This document shows positions 38,072 to 48,245 of a stretch of 64,000 bases of DNA, piece after piece. Each line of letters begins with the position of its first letter. Positions within the stretch are counted from its first letter, which is position 1. The stretch covers positions 2,784,001-2,848,000 of the forward strand of contig OZ251997.1 in the NCBI GenBank assembly GCA_965247095.1, in the 5' to 3' direction. A program made the translations under genes and the position numbers. The notes under the pieces are model-generated. The model did no database searches. It was not told where the DNA came from and worked only from the letters and a program-made list of their open reading frames with translations. The DNA is from Candidatus Multivorans sp. Its GTDB lineage: Bacteria > Acidobacteriota > Thermoanaerobaculia > Multivoradales > Multivoraceae.

Positions 38072-40402
38072 CTATCCGATCCGATTCTCGCCCGCGTTCT
38101 CGTCCTGGTGCAGGGTCACCGGCCAGCCGGGGAACTGTTCGTTGTCACCCGCGTCGGCCGTGGACAGGAACCGGAACGCCTCGATCCGGTAGGTCTTCGC
38201 CTCCAAGTCGATGGTGACCATGCCGAAGCCGCTGCTCTTCTGGTGAGCGAGCCGGTAGGGATTGCGCTCGGCGCCGACCTCGGGGTTGCCCACCGCGTAG
38301 ACGTAAACCCGGTTGCCCAGGCCGTCGCGGAACTCGCCGGTATCGGCCAGCCCGTGCCGCGGCCGGTTGCGGTGGGGCATGCCCGCCTCGTCGGGCCGCC
38401 ACCAGCGCGGGTAGCCGGCGCTGATCGCCGGCGTGCAGAAGGCCCAACACCCGTCGCGTTGGCGGTCGGCGCCGTACTGGACCAGGGAGGGCAGGTGCTG
38501 ATCGCCGCACACGTGCAGGCACTTCGCCTTGCGCAGGATGCGGACCAGCCGGTTGCGCGGCGTCTGGGGCCAGCCGCCGCAATCGAGATCCGCGGCCAGG
38601 AAGTCGTCGTAGGCGCCGTGGTGGGTGGCTACGCCGGCAAACACGGTCTGACTGAGCAGCACCTTCATCGTGTGGCCGCGCCAGTCGTCGGCCCACTGCT
38701 CCAGGAACTCCTCCTGCCGCTCGCCGAGCAGGGCGAGCCCGGGCTGGTCGAGCGTCGAGGTGTCCAGTCCGATGTCCAGGACGTGGTCGGCGCGCCCGGA
38801 CCCCGTGTCCACGCGCTCGGGGCTGCTCTTGAACTGCCTGTCGCCCAGGATGGCGAAGCCGACGCCGCCGTAGACCATGTCGCCGTAGTAGACGCTGATG
38901 TCCTGCTCGACCGGGGCCGGATCGAAGGGGTCGGGATGGTGAGAGGCGTTCGTGCGATGGACCACGTTGACCATCCGCGCCGGCGCCCGGTACCCGCCGC
39001 GCGTCGAGGTATCGCGGCCGGTCCCCATCGGCTTGCCGCCTTCGCCCCAGATGTTGCCCTGGAACACGTCGTGGTCGTCGGGTATGCACAGCGTCGGCCG
39101 GTCGCGCATCGCTTCGCGGAACGCCCAGCCGAACTGGTAGTACTTGCGCAGGTAGTTCAGGATCGCCGGCCCGGCCGGGTCGCGGATCAGGCCATAGCCG
39201 CCATGGTTCTCGTAGAGCTGGTCGCCGGAGAAGAAGACCAGGTCGGGATCGAGCGCCAGAACGTGCTCCGCGACCGGCGCGTAGGGGAACGAGTAGTCGT
39301 TTTGGCAGGTGAGGGCCCCGAGCCGCAGCGGCCGGCCGGCCGGATTGGCCCGGATCGACCCGAGCCACTCCGACGCCGTCTCGCCGCCGTCCGTGTGCTG
39401 TTCGCGGTAGACGAGCCGGAATGGCGCTGCCACGCGCTCGTTCCAGTTGGACAGCCGGAACGTCGCCGTCCAGGCGTCCGGGTCCAGTTCGGCGAAGCCA
39501 CGGGATCGCCATCCCCCGTCGTGCTGGGTCAGCAGCTCGACCCGCCGGTCGTCGCCCTCTCCCAACGGCGGCAGGAGCGCCGTCATCTTGACCACGAACC
39601 CTTCGTCGCCGCGGGAGTCGCTCATCGAGTACATCGACCACAGGATGGGCCCGAAGCGGCGCTCCTCTTCCACGGCGAAGGCATCCCCGTCCGCCGTCCA
39701 CTCGCTGAACCGGTAGCGGGCCCCCTCACCCTTCGGGATCTCCCGGTCGAAGTTGCTGACGATCGCGACGTTGCCCTCGATGTCCGCGGCGGGCATGGTG
39801 TGGGTGACGGTGCCCAACTCGGTTCCGGAGGCGGTCCGAACTTCAAGGCGGAGCTCACACTCGCCGTCTTCCGTTCGCCCTTGGAGAAGCATCTCGATCC
39901 CTTCCGTTGCGACCGCGTCGCCGTCGCCTACCTCCGCGTTCGCTCCACCCAGCACCAGCCGCCCGCCGACCAACCCGGCATCGACCCCGACGCCGCGCGC
40001 GAAGCAGTTGCTGCGATGGTCATCGATCAGGTTGCGGACGCCGATCCGGAACCCGGCGCCCCCGTCGCGTTTCCCGGCTTCCACCCGCTTGCAACGCACC
40101 GACATCCGAAACCGTCCCCGCTCGCCAGTCAATCGATGCGTGATCAAGTGGACATTCCGGTCGCCGCCGCCCGTCTGCACCTCGGACGCCCCTTCGATAA
40201 CCCGCCAGTCCTCCATCGGATTGGCCCAGAAGGACTCCCCGAGCCACACCCGGTCATGAGTCCGGTGCCACCGGTCGACTTGGGTGCCGGAGGCCCCGTC
40301 TCGCCGCTCCTGCCGAGCCTCGGCGCGTCCGATCCGTTTCGGCAGCGAGACGACCGCGGCCAGCAAACCGAAAAGACCCCGCCGGCTCAAGCGTGACTTC
40401 AC
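38072..40402 (-). CDS. Tat-exported PhoD-like metallophosphoesterase
   Basis: SRRGLF twin-arginine motif; [23 protein letters not shown] motifs. Confidence 0.82.
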   Translation of the reverse strand: MKSRLSRRGLFGLLAAVVSLPKRIGRAEARQERRDGASGTQVDRWHRTHDRVWLGESFWANPMEDWRVIEGASEVQTGGGDRNVHLITHRLTGERGRFRMSVRCKRVEAGKRDGGAGFRIGVRNLIDDHRSNCFARGVGVDAGLVGGRLVLGGANAEVGDGDAVATEGIEMLLQGRTEDGECELRLEVRTASGTELGTVTHTMPAADIEGNVAIVSNFDREIPKGEGARYRFSEWTADGDAFAVEEERRFGPILWSMYSMSDSRGDEGFVVKMTALLPPLGEGDDRRVELLTQHDGGWRSRGFAELDPDAWTATFRLSNWNERVAAPFRLVYREQHTDGGETASEWLGSIRANPAGRPLRLGALTCQNDYSFPYAPVAEHVLALDPDLVFFSGDQLYENHGGYGLIRDPAGPAILNYLRKYYQFGWAFREAMRDRPTLCIPDDHDVFQGNIWGEGGKPMGTGRDTSTRGGYRAPARMVNVVHRTNASHHPDPFDPAPVEQDISVYYGDMVYGGVGFAILGDRQFKSSPERVDTGSGRADHVLDIGLDTSTLDQPGLALLGERQEEFLEQWADDWRGHTMKVLLSQTVFAGVATHHGAYDDFLAADLDCGGWPQTPRNRLVRILRKAKCLHVCGDQHLPSLVQYGADRQRDGCWAFCTPAISAGYPRWWRPDEAGMPHRNRPRHGLADTGEFRDGLGNRVYVYAVGNPEVGAERNPYRLAHQKSSGFGMVTIDLEAKTYRIEAFRFLSTADAGDNEQFPGWPVTLHQDENAGENRIG

Positions 40403-40588
40403 TGCAGGGTAATCTCCTCGCTGCTCAGAGGCCGCTCAGGCCGGCCCGGAAACAAGTGGTCAGCATAGCCGTATGGACTATTTCAACGGCGTGTTGACGC
40501 CTAGGCAGGTTCTCGGGAACCAGCAGCGAGACCATGCCCTCGCTCGACTTGCTCGTTCCAGCGCTCGCCGGCTACCTCTTCCTTCGCC

Positions 40589-40683
40589 GCAACGACAGGC
40601 TACGAGGCCGAACTGTGGGCGATGGCCGACGCGCTCCCCCGCGGCTCGATGGATGCGGCCGAGTACAAGCATGTCGTGCTCGG
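40589..40683 (+). pseudogene. 5' fragment of an hsdM copy
   Basis: Near-identical to 41432-41523 ([16 protein letters not shown][P][15 protein letters not shown]) with an extra CCC codon; truncated before hicA. Confidence 0.9.
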
Positions 40684-40729
40684 AGCGTTCCCGTTGTTGT
40701 GATCGTAGCCAGCATGCCTTGTCCCGGCG

Positions 40730-40921
40730 ATGCCCAAGGTGCGGGACGCCATTCGTGCCGTGGAGCGGGATGGTTGGCAACGGGTCGCTACGCGCGGAAG
40801 TCACCGACAGTACCGGCATCCCGTGAAACCGGGGAAAGTGACGATCGCTGGTAAACTGAGTCACGACTTGCCACCGGGCACCTGGAACAGCATCGTCAAA
40901 CAGGCCGGACTCGCGAAGTGA
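40730..40921 (+). CDS. hicA: HicA toxin (copy 1)
   Basis: ATRGSHRQYRHPVKPGKVTIAG..DLPPGTWNSIVKQAGL; GSH motif. Confidence 0.93.
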   Translation: MPKVRDAIRAVERDGWQRVATRGSHRQYRHPVKPGKVTIAGKLSHDLPPGTWNSIVKQAGLAK

Positions 40922-40928
40922 GTAGCTC

Positions 40929-41153
40929 GTGAAGTACACGATCGTGATCGAGAAGGCGCCCGGCAACTTCGCGGCGTATGCGCCTGATCTGCCTGGGTGC
41001 GTGGCAACCGCCGAGACGCGTGCCGAGGTGATCCAGCTCATGCGCGAGGGCATCGCTTTCCACCTTGAGGGCTTGCGCGAAGACGGGGAGCCCGTGCCTC
41101 GGCCTCAAGCCACAGCCGCCGAAGTGGATGTAGTGCTGGGCGTGAGCGCCTAG
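40929..41153 (+). CDS. hicB: HicB antitoxin, short form (copy 1)
   Basis: [42 protein letters not shown]. Confidence 0.93.
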   Translation: MKYTIVIEKAPGNFAAYAPDLPGCVATAETRAEVIQLMREGIAFHLEGLREDGEPVPRPQATAAEVDVVLGVSA

Positions 41154-41404
41154 GGGCTGAACGGGTACGTCGAGCCAGTCCATTTGGCGTCGGTGCATCG
41201 CCTTGTTCCGCGCCACGGACAGATGGGGCTCTCGACTACCAACCGCCGGACTCGGGGTTTCGGCTGGACGGTCACCGCACATGCCGCGACGAGGTGCGCG
41301 CCCGCGTGACACAAGCCATCGTGACACACGTCGCGTTGTGGGGCTACGATGGCGACTCCGGGAGGTCATCCGGACTGACGAGATTGACAAAGACAGTGAC
41401 GAAG

Positions 41405-42952
41405 ATGGCAAGCAGGCAAACCGATAGCGGGGCAACGACAGGCTACGAGGCCGAACTGTGGGCGATGGCCGATGCACTCCGCGGCTCGATGGATGCGGCC
41501 GAGTACAAGCACGTCGTGCTCGGCCTCATCTTCCTGAAGTACATCTCGGACGCCTTCGAGGAGCGCCACGCGGCGGTGCTGGCCGAGTGGGGGGAAGACG
41601 CCGCGGAGGACCGCGACGAGTACATCGCGGAGAACATCTTCTGGGTGCCGCGGGAGGCCCGTTGGGCGCACCTGAAGGCTCAGGCGCGGCAGCCGACGAT
41701 CGGCCAGACCGTCGACAAGGCCATGACCGCGATCGAGCGCGACAACCCGGCGCTGAAGGAGGTGCTGCCCAAGGACTACGCGCGTCCCGCCCTGGACAAG
41801 CAGCGCCTCGGCCAGCTCATCGACATGATGGGCAACATCCGCGTCGGTGACGCCGAAGCCCGCTCCCGAGACGTGCTGGGCCGCGTCTACGAGTACTTCC
41901 TCTCTCAGTTCGCCAGTGCCGAGGGCAAGAGGGGCGGCGAGTTCTACACGCCGCGCTGCGTCGTCAGGCTGCTCGTCGAGATGCTGGAGCCCTATCGGGG
42001 GCGCGTCTACGATCCGTGTTGCGGATCCTCGGGCATGTTCGTTCAATCGATCGAGTTCATCCGCGCCCACGCGAGCGGAAACGGCAACGGCGGCGAAGCG
42101 CGCGGCGACATCTCGATCTACGGCCAGGAGTCGAACTACACGACTTGGCGGCTCGCCAAGATGAACCTGGCCATACGCGGGATCGGGGGACAGATCGCCC
42201 ACGGCGACAGCTTCCACAGCGACCACCACCCGGACTTGAAGGCTGACTTCATCCTCGCCAACCCACCGTTCAACGTCTCGGACTGGGGCGGCGACCGGCT
42301 GGTCGAGGACAAGCGCTGGCGCTACGGGATTCCGCCTAAGGGCAACGCGAACTTCGCCTGGGTGCAGCACATGGTTCACCACCTGGCGCCGAAGGGCGTT
42401 GCGGGGTTCGTGCTCGCCAATGGATCGATGTCGTCGAGTCAGTCCGGCGAGGGAGAGATCCGCAAGAACCTGATCGAGGGCGAGTTGGTCGACTGCATGG
42501 TGGCTCTACCGGGCCAGCTCTTCTACTCGACACAGATTCCCGCCTGCCTGTGGTTTCTGGCGCGCGGGCGCAAGCGGCGCGGAGAGATCCTCTTCGTCGA
42601 CGCAAGGAAGCTCGGCCGGATGGTGGACCGAACACACCGCGAACTGACCGAGGAGGACATTGCCGAGATTGCCGCGACCTACCACGCGTGGCGCGGCGGG
42701 GAAGGCGTCGTCGAGTACGAGGATAGGCCCGGTTTCTGCAAGAGCGCGACGCTTGAAGAGGCCGGCAGACACGGCCACGTGCTGACGCCGGGACGCTACG
42801 TCGGCATGAAGCCGCAGGAGGACGACGGCGAGCCGTTCGAGGAGAAGATGGCCCGGCTCACCGCCGAATGGCGTCGGCAGCGGGCCGAGGTGCGCCAGCT
42901 CGACGCGGTGATCGAGGAGAACCTGGGGTCGCTGGGGTTCGGAGTGGAATGA
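41405..42952 (+). CDS. hsdM: Type I restriction-modification methyltransferase subunit M
   Basis: [16 protein letters not shown] (motif I), ANPPFN (motif IV), [20 protein letters not shown]. Confidence 0.95.
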   Translation: MASRQTDSGATTGYEAELWAMADALRGSMDAAEYKHVVLGLIFLKYISDAFEERHAAVLAEWGEDAAEDRDEYIAENIFWVPREARWAHLKAQARQPTIGQTVDKAMTAIERDNPALKEVLPKDYARPALDKQRLGQLIDMMGNIRVGDAEARSRDVLGRVYEYFLSQFASAEGKRGGEFYTPRCVVRLLVEMLEPYRGRVYDPCCGSSGMFVQSIEFIRAHASGNGNGGEARGDISIYGQESNYTTWRLAKMNLAIRGIGGQIAHGDSFHSDHHPDLKADFILANPPFNVSDWGGDRLVEDKRWRYGIPPKGNANFAWVQHMVHHLAPKGVAGFVLANGSMSSSQSGEGEIRKNLIEGELVDCMVALPGQLFYSTQIPACLWFLARGRKRRGEILFVDARKLGRMVDRTHRELTEEDIAEIAATYHAWRGGEGVVEYEDRPGFCKSATLEEAGRHGHVLTPGRYVGMKPQEDDGEPFEEKMARLTAEWRRQRAEVRQLDAVIEENLGSLGFGVE

Positions 42953-43001
42953 GTGGACGTTCTTGTTCGCGCGACCATCGGCAGCGCGCCCCGGTTCTGC
43001 A

Positions 43002-43193
43002 ATGCCTAAGGTCCGGGACGCCATTCGTGCGGTGGAGCGGGATGGTTGGCGATGGGTCGCGACGCGGGGAAGTCACCGCCAGTACCGGCACGCGACGAAG
43101 CCCGGCAAAGTGACGATCGCTGGTAAACTGAGCCACGACTTGCCGCCGGGCACCTGGAACAGCATCGTCAAACAGGCTGGGCTCGATAAGTGA
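43002..43193 (+). CDS. hicA: HicA toxin (copy 2)
   Basis: Close paralog of 40730-40921; GSH motif retained. Confidence 0.92.
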   Translation: MPKVRDAIRAVERDGWRWVATRGSHRQYRHATKPGKVTIAGKLSHDLPPGTWNSIVKQAGLDK

Positions 43194-43200
43194 GTAGCTC

Positions 43201-43425
43201 GTGAAGTACACGATCGTCATCGAGAAGGCGCCCAACAACTACGCGGCCTATGCGCCCGACCTGCCCGGCTGCGTGGCAACCGCCGAGACGCGTGCGCGAG
43301 TGATTGAGTTGATGCGCGAGGGCATCGCCTTTCACCTTGAGGGGCTGCGGGAAGACGGGGAGCCAGTGCCTCGACCTCAAGCCACGGCTGTCCAGGTGGA
43401 TGTAGCGCAGGCTGTCGGCGCCTGA
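43201..43425 (+). CDS. hicB: HicB antitoxin (copy 2)
   Basis: Close paralog of 40929-41153. Confidence 0.92.
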   Translation: MKYTIVIEKAPNNYAAYAPDLPGCVATAETRARVIELMREGIAFHLEGLREDGEPVPRPQATAVQVDVAQAVGA

Positions 43426-43462
43426 GGTTGTCGGGACGCGCTCGGCCTGGATAGCTTCGGGC

Positions 43463-43515
43463 CTACGCCGTGACGCGCTGATCGCGAAGCACGTGCCGTG
43501 CGGGAGTACGACGTT
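43463..43515 (+). pseudogene. Possible degraded hsdS C-terminal remnant
   Basis: Reads LRRDALIAKHVPCG, resembling the HsdS end LRDxLLPKLxSGE; short, weak match. Confidence 0.35.
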
Positions 43516-43554
43516 TGGCCGGGTGCCGAGTGCGAGGCTGGCCAGCCGCCCACG

Positions 43555-43980
43555 ATGAGCATCGATACAACCTTCTTCAAGGAGTGCCTCGACCGGCTGG
43601 AGGTCTACTGCCAACTCCTGGACCGCGATCGTGAGGACGAAACGGCTCGCCGGCTTGGGCGAGAGATTTGCATCGAGCGGTTCGAGGTTGCTCTCGAACA
43701 GAGCGGCAAGCTGCTGAGAAAGACGTTGCGTCCGTGGTTCGCAAGCAACCGAGCGGCGGACCGGCTGACGTTCCGGGACGTGTTCCGGCACGCGGCCAAA
43801 CGCGGCCTGATCGACATCGAGGCCGCGGAACGCTGGCTGGGTTACCGCGACAGCCTGATCGGCGCGGGCGAACCGGACGGCGCCGACCCGGCCGTCGTGG
43901 CGGCGGTGGAGCGGCTGCCGGCCTTCGTTGCCGACGCCCGGGCGCTGGCCGCGCTTATCGAGCAGGCGCCCGATGACTGA
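43555..43980 (+). CDS. Nucleotidyltransferase substrate-binding (HI0074-like HEPN) protein lacking RxxxxH
   Basis: IERFEVALEQSGKLLRK, RLTFRDVFRHAAKRGLI, ERWLGYRD; paired with the MNT gene. Confidence 0.8.
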   Translation: MSIDTTFFKECLDRLEVYCQLLDRDREDETARRLGREICIERFEVALEQSGKLLRKTLRPWFASNRAADRLTFRDVFRHAAKRGLIDIEAAERWLGYRDSLIGAGEPDGADPAVVAAVERLPAFVADARALAALIEQAPDD

Positions 43981-44341
43981 AAGCCTCCACTTGCTGCCGC
44001 GCCACCGGGAGCGCCTCGAAGCCCTGCTGCGCGAACACCTCCCCGGCGTGGAGGTCTGGGCCTACGGCAGCCGGGTGAACGGCCAGAGCCACGATGGCAG
44101 CGACCTGGATCTCGTGTTGCGGGGCCGCGGCTTGGATGAGATCGAGCTCTCCGCGCTCGCCGACTTCACTCAGGCGCTCCACGATTCGACCATTCCGTTC
44201 CTGGTTGAGGCCCGCGACTGGGCGCGTCTGCCGGAGCGGTTTCATCGGGAGATCGAGAGGGCGTATGTGGTGTTGAGGCCCCGTTCCATCTGCGCCAACC
44301 TTCGGTCACTCGTCGCGGTGCGCCAGGGGACGCTCCGGTGA
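43973..44341 (+). CDS. Minimal nucleotidyltransferase (MNT), C-terminus joined to unrelated sequence
   Basis: VWAYGSRVNG..SDLDLV motif; PFLVEARDW..FHREIERAYVVL. Confidence 0.85.
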   Translation: MTESLHLLPRHRERLEALLREHLPGVEVWAYGSRVNGQSHDGSDLDLVLRGRGLDEIELSALADFTQALHDSTIPFLVEARDWARLPERFHREIERAYVVLRPRSICANLRSLVAVRQGTLR

Positions 44342-44526
44342 CAGCTCGGGAGTTGGCTGAACGCTTGGAACTCAAGGCACAGCAGATCCAGCGCTACGAA
44401 GCGGAGGGATACGCGAGCGCCAGCTATCGGCGGTTGTGCGAAGTCGCGCATGCAGTGGGGCTGGGGTCGAGAACGAAGATCCGACGCCCTACCGCGCCAG
44501 CGGATCCGGCCGGATCTGGAACTTGA
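44338..44526 (+). pseudogene. XRE-family HTH remnant (HigA-like antitoxin C-terminus)
   Basis: TARELAERLELKAQQIQRYEAEGYASASYRRLCEVAHAVG; N-terminal part missing. Confidence 0.65.
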
Positions 44527-46747
44527 CGAACTTGCCGCGGGTGCCCTTGCCGCCTTCGGTGTGCCAGATGTAGTTGGTGCCGTAGTTGGCCCAGAGGGCG
44601 CGGCCCTTCCAGCCTGCGTCGGGGTCGTCGATGCGGCCGTCGAGGCCGCGGGAGAAGAAGCCGAGCGGGTAGGGGACGCGCAGCGTCGTCCATTCGCCGG
44701 TTTCGGGATCGAGCGCGAGCAGGCTGTCGGAGTTCGACCCGGTGGCGATGGGGGTGTTCTCGCCAAGCCCGGCAACGTCGTGCTGATCGACCCAGTTGTA
44801 GTAGTGGAAGTCGGCCGGCACGTCCGTGCCCTTCATCGTGGGGCCCTCGGTCCGGTACAGGGACCAGCCCTCGGGGCACTGGCTGCCGTCGGGGCTGTCG
44901 GGCTCGTCCCGGGGCTCGCACTTGCGAACGTCCAGGCTCGCCAGGTGGCTGCTGCCGGCGAGAGCCGTCCACACCACGCCGTCGCTGGCGATGTCGATCC
45001 CACGCGGGTCGAAACCGGGTTCCGGGACGCGGAAGATCTGCGACCGGCAACTGGTCGGGGGATCCTCCCCGCGCATCAGACGGATGATGTAGCCCGGATA
45101 GGTCTGGGAGGCGCCCCACACCGAATCATCGACCGGGCTTGGAATGACCGAGTAGAGGCCGTATGAAAGCTGCGTGTCGTACCGGGGATCGGGCGCCGGG
45201 GTGGTCTCGGCCTGTCCCGCTGCGGCTCGTTCCTCCTGGGCCCTGACGGCATCGACCCGGTAGGTGAAGCCGCCCGCAGAGGCGACCGCGACGTTCCAGG
45301 GCTTCGTGATCGCGCCGTCGCCGTTCGTGTCGACGACCAGGGGGCACCAGCCCACGGCCTGCCGCTCGTCGCCGGTCTCGTCGAAGACCTTCGCGTCGAC
45401 CCAGGAAAGGCCGGCGCCGCCGCCGTTGAAGTAGACGGTCTCGTTGGGGTCGTTGTCGAACTGGAGGTGGTGGGTGCTGAAGCAGGTCTCGATCAGCGTG
45501 AACTTCTGGGCCACCGGGTCGAAGAACGAAGCGTGACGGCCGCCTGGCCGGGGCGTCCACCAGGCCGCGTACTTGTTCTCCGGATCGCTGCACCAGGCCG
45601 GAGGCCGCCGCGCTCCGTGGAGCTTCGAAGTCAGCCAGACCCGGCCCTTGCTGTCGATCATCGGATTGTGCGGATCGGAAGGGTTGTAGGGGGGATTGGC
45701 CCAGATGTGCTCGTCGCCCCAGAAGAAGGACGGCCGCATCGGCGGCGGGAAGCGAGACGGGACCTCGTTCCTGGGATCCCTGGTGGGGATGTTCCGGGCG
45801 TAGCTCACGTTCAGGACGGGGTCCAGCACCACGAGCTGGCCGTGGCCGGAACTCGCCGCGTAGACGGGTCCGCCGGCGTTGACCCGCGGGTTGTTCTTGT
45901 CGGTCGACACGAGATCGTGCATGAACGTCTTGTCGCTGCCGACATCCCACAGGGTGAGGACGAGGTTGCGCTCGATCCCCCGCGGCCGCGTCGGCGCCTG
46001 CGGCAGTTCTCCCGCCGCGATCCTCTCGGTCCAGTCCGCGTACACGTCCAAGGACGCTTTCATGCCCTGAAGCCGGAGCACGCTGTACATCTGGTTGCCG
46101 CGGACCCCGGTGCCTAGCCGCCACTCCCAGGCTTCCTTGTGGGTGGTGAGCTCCGGCTTCGCTTCGAACACGTGGTCGACGGTGCGAGTCTGGCGGCTCC
46201 CGAGTTGGTGGCAGAAGTTGCAGTCCGACTTCAGCGAGTCGAGCCAGTGGGCCTGGGACAGCATGCGTGTTCCCATGCCGTTGCCGTCATCTCCCGTGCC
46301 GGGAAAGAGGCTCTCGTCGGGCGGGGCCATCAGCGACAGCCAGTAGTCGCCGGGATAGACCTTCGCCGCTTCCTCTGGAGTCGTTGCGGCGGTTGCCTGG
46401 AGCGTCACCGGGTCGGCCGTGGGTCTGATCTCGAGCGGCGCCGAATCGACCAGGCCGTAGCCCCGCACCCACACGTCGTAGCTCGCGTCGGGCAGTTCCG
46501 GCAGCATGAACCGGCCCTCGTCGTCGGTGACGACGATCTTCACGAACTTCGTCGGCAGGTCCTTCGTCTCGGCGATGACCCAGACGCCGGCTTCGGGGCC
46601 CTGGGCGCTTTGGACGCCGCCGGCGATGAAGCCGTCCGGACCCGCTGTGACGGCTTCTGGAGAGCTCCCAGGCTGCGTGCAGGCGGCAACCAGGAGAAGG
46701 CCGGCGCACAGGGCCGGCCCGGTGAGCCTGAGAAGGGAGGTCGTCAT
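44489..46747 (-). CDS. Lipoprotein with carboxypeptidase-regulatory-like domain, CxxCH heme-c site and beta-propeller
   Basis: LVAAC lipobox; VTDDEGRFMLPELPDASYDVWVRGYG; DCNFCHQ; propeller-type repeats. Confidence 0.75.
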   Translation of the reverse strand: MTTSLLRLTGPALCAGLLLVAACTQPGSSPEAVTAGPDGFIAGGVQSAQGPEAGVWVIAETKDLPTKFVKIVVTDDEGRFMLPELPDASYDVWVRGYGLVDSAPLEIRPTADPVTLQATAATTPEEAAKVYPGDYWLSLMAPPDESLFPGTGDDGNGMGTRMLSQAHWLDSLKSDCNFCHQLGSRQTRTVDHVFEAKPELTTHKEAWEWRLGTGVRGNQMYSVLRLQGMKASLDVYADWTERIAAGELPQAPTRPRGIERNLVLTLWDVGSDKTFMHDLVSTDKNNPRVNAGGPVYAASSGHGQLVVLDPVLNVSYARNIPTRDPRNEVPSRFPPPMRPSFFWGDEHIWANPPYNPSDPHNPMIDSKGRVWLTSKLHGARRPPAWCSDPENKYAAWWTPRPGGRHASFFDPVAQKFTLIETCFSTHHLQFDNDPNETVYFNGGGAGLSWVDAKVFDETGDERQAVGWCPLVVDTNGDGAITKPWNVAVASAGGFTYRVDAVRAQEERAAAGQAETTPAPDPRYDTQLSYGLYSVIPSPVDDSVWGASQTYPGYIIRLMRGEDPPTSCRSQIFRVPEPGFDPRGIDIASDGVVWTALAGSSHLASLDVRKCEPRDEPDSPDGSQCPEGWSLYRTEGPTMKGTDVPADFHYYNWVDQHDVAGLGENTPIATGSNSDSLLALDPETGEWTTLRVPYPLGFFSRGLDGRIDDPDAGWKGRALWANYGTNYIWHTEGGKGTRGKFVKFQIRPDPLAR

Positions 46748-46759
46748 CGGAATTCTCCT

Positions 46760-47224
46760 CTAGTCTGGTCCGCTGCGGACCGCGCCATCTTCGGCTCGCC
46801 GCTTCAGCGCCCGGCCGACGTCCGCGAAGCCGCGGTGCATGGCCCGGCCGAAGAGCAGGACGGCGAGCGGCGCCAGCGGGCCCTCAAGCGTATCCGTATT
46901 GAAGTACGCGCAACTGGTCTCGCTCCGTTTCTCGAGCCGCTGTTCCCGCAGCGCCTTCAGCAGAGACTTGTGGACGATCTTCGTGCTCCAGGACAGGAGG
47001 GTCGGCGGCTCGATCGCCACGAACCGTTCGGTCTGCTTCCGGTCGTAGCGGCCCAGCTTGACGTCAAAGTCGACGAAGGAGCCGACGCGTACGTCGGTCT
47101 TCGTGTAGGTCCGGGCGAAGGGATTCCACTCGTGGTAGCGGTCGACATCCACCAGGATGTCCCACACGGTGTCGATCGGGGCGTCGATCTCCACGGGTTC
47201 GGAAGTGGTGGCGTGTTTGAACAT
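46760..47224 (-). CDS. SRPBCC (START-like) domain protein
   Basis: VEIDAPIDTVWDILVDVDRYHEWNPF; ends ALKRRAE. Confidence 0.88.
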   Translation of the reverse strand: MFKHATTSEPVEIDAPIDTVWDILVDVDRYHEWNPFARTYTKTDVRVGSFVDFDVKLGRYDRKQTERFVAIEPPTLLSWSTKIVHKSLLKALREQRLEKRSETSCAYFNTDTLEGPLAPLAVLLFGRAMHRGFADVGRALKRRAEDGAVRSGPD

Positions 47225-47249
47225 CCTGGGCCTCCTGCTACTGACCGGG

Positions 47250-48230
47250 CTAGCAGCCCGGCGGCGCGTGTGTCTGGAGCAGCGCCTCGCTGGCCTCCCA
47301 CAACCTGACGCCCTTGGACGGGTCGGTGGCGTGCTCGGACGGGCGCTTTTCGCGCATCATGTGCAGGTAGATGCCGCTTCGTTTGCCGGCGTCGCCGGCG
47401 CAGCAGAGGTAGCTGACGGGCGCCGCGGCTCTGGCCGGCGGCAGGAAGAAGAGTCTCATCAACGGGTACACGAGAGGCTTCAACAGCAGCGGCGCCTCCC
47501 GCGCGATGGCGGTGCGGACGGGGCCGGGGCAGAGCGAGTGAACCGCGACGTGCCCCTCGCTATCGCGGTTCAAGCGTCGCGAGAGTTCGGTCGCATAGGT
47601 GCAGAGGACGAGCTTGCTCGCGCTGTAGTGCTTGATTCCGTCCCGGACGCCGTAGTCCGCGAAGGCGCCGAAGCGATCGAAGTCGATCGGCTCGGCGGAG
47701 CGGTGGGCATCGGAGGAGACGAGAACGATGCGGGGCGCGTTCTCGATCCTGGTGGTCGGGCGCACCGTCCCGTCCTTCAACCAGCGGTCGACGAGGACGC
47801 GATTGGCGAGGAAGTGGACGGCGAACATCGTCTCGAAACCCTGCGCCGTCCGGCGGGCACGGCGCGGCATCAGGCCCGCGTTGAGAACCGCGATGTCGAT
47901 CCTCGTTCCCCTCTCGTGCAGCTCGTCGCAGAGCCGGTGCACCGAACGCAGGTCGGAGAGGTCGCCCCGCAGCATCTCGACGCGGTCGGCGCCGGAGGCG
48001 GCCTTGACGTCTTCGCCCGCGTCGGGGTGTCCGCCTCGGCAGGCCATCAGGACGTGGCCGCCGCGTGCGGCCAGGTCGATGGCGACGGCTTTGCCGAGGC
48101 CGCTGTTGGCCCCCGTCACCAGGCACGTCTTGCCGTCGATCCGAACGGAGGCCGGCAGAGGCTCGATCGTCGGGCGGATGGCGGCGCGGTCCCCGACCGC
48201 TTTGCGGAGGGCGCCGAAGATTCTGTTCAC
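47250..48230 (-). CDS. SDR oxidoreductase (retinol-dehydrogenase-like)
   Basis: TGANSGLG, LNAG, YSASK, SLCPGPVRT. Confidence 0.92.
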   Translation of the reverse strand: MNRIFGALRKAVGDRAAIRPTIEPLPASVRIDGKTCLVTGANSGLGKAVAIDLAARGGHVLMACRGGHPDAGEDVKAASGADRVEMLRGDLSDLRSVHRLCDELHERGTRIDIAVLNAGLMPRRARRTAQGFETMFAVHFLANRVLVDRWLKDGTVRPTTRIENAPRIVLVSSDAHRSAEPIDFDRFGAFADYGVRDGIKHYSASKLVLCTYATELSRRLNRDSEGHVAVHSLCPGPVRTAIAREAPLLLKPLVYPLMRLFFLPPARAAAPVSYLCCAGDAGKRSGIYLHMMREKRPSEHATDPSKGVRLWEASEALLQTHAPPGC

Positions 48231-48245
48231 GACCAGGCGTCTCCT

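Noticed and set aside
38108-40396. 762-aa plus-strand ORF, and similar long ORFs at 1548-3308, 9318-10907, 11544-13205, 47157-49529 and 53988-56456
   Set aside because: Antisense shadows of motif-bearing genes; expected from high-GC codon bias, with no recognisable domains.
41306-41329. GTGACACA direct repeat upstream of hsdM
   Set aside because: Only 8 bp twice, with no supporting regulator or promoter context.
40450-44526. Integron cassette array or IS/prophage explanation for the TA cluster
   Set aside because: No integrase, transposase, convincing attC sites or terminal inverted repeats were found by eye.
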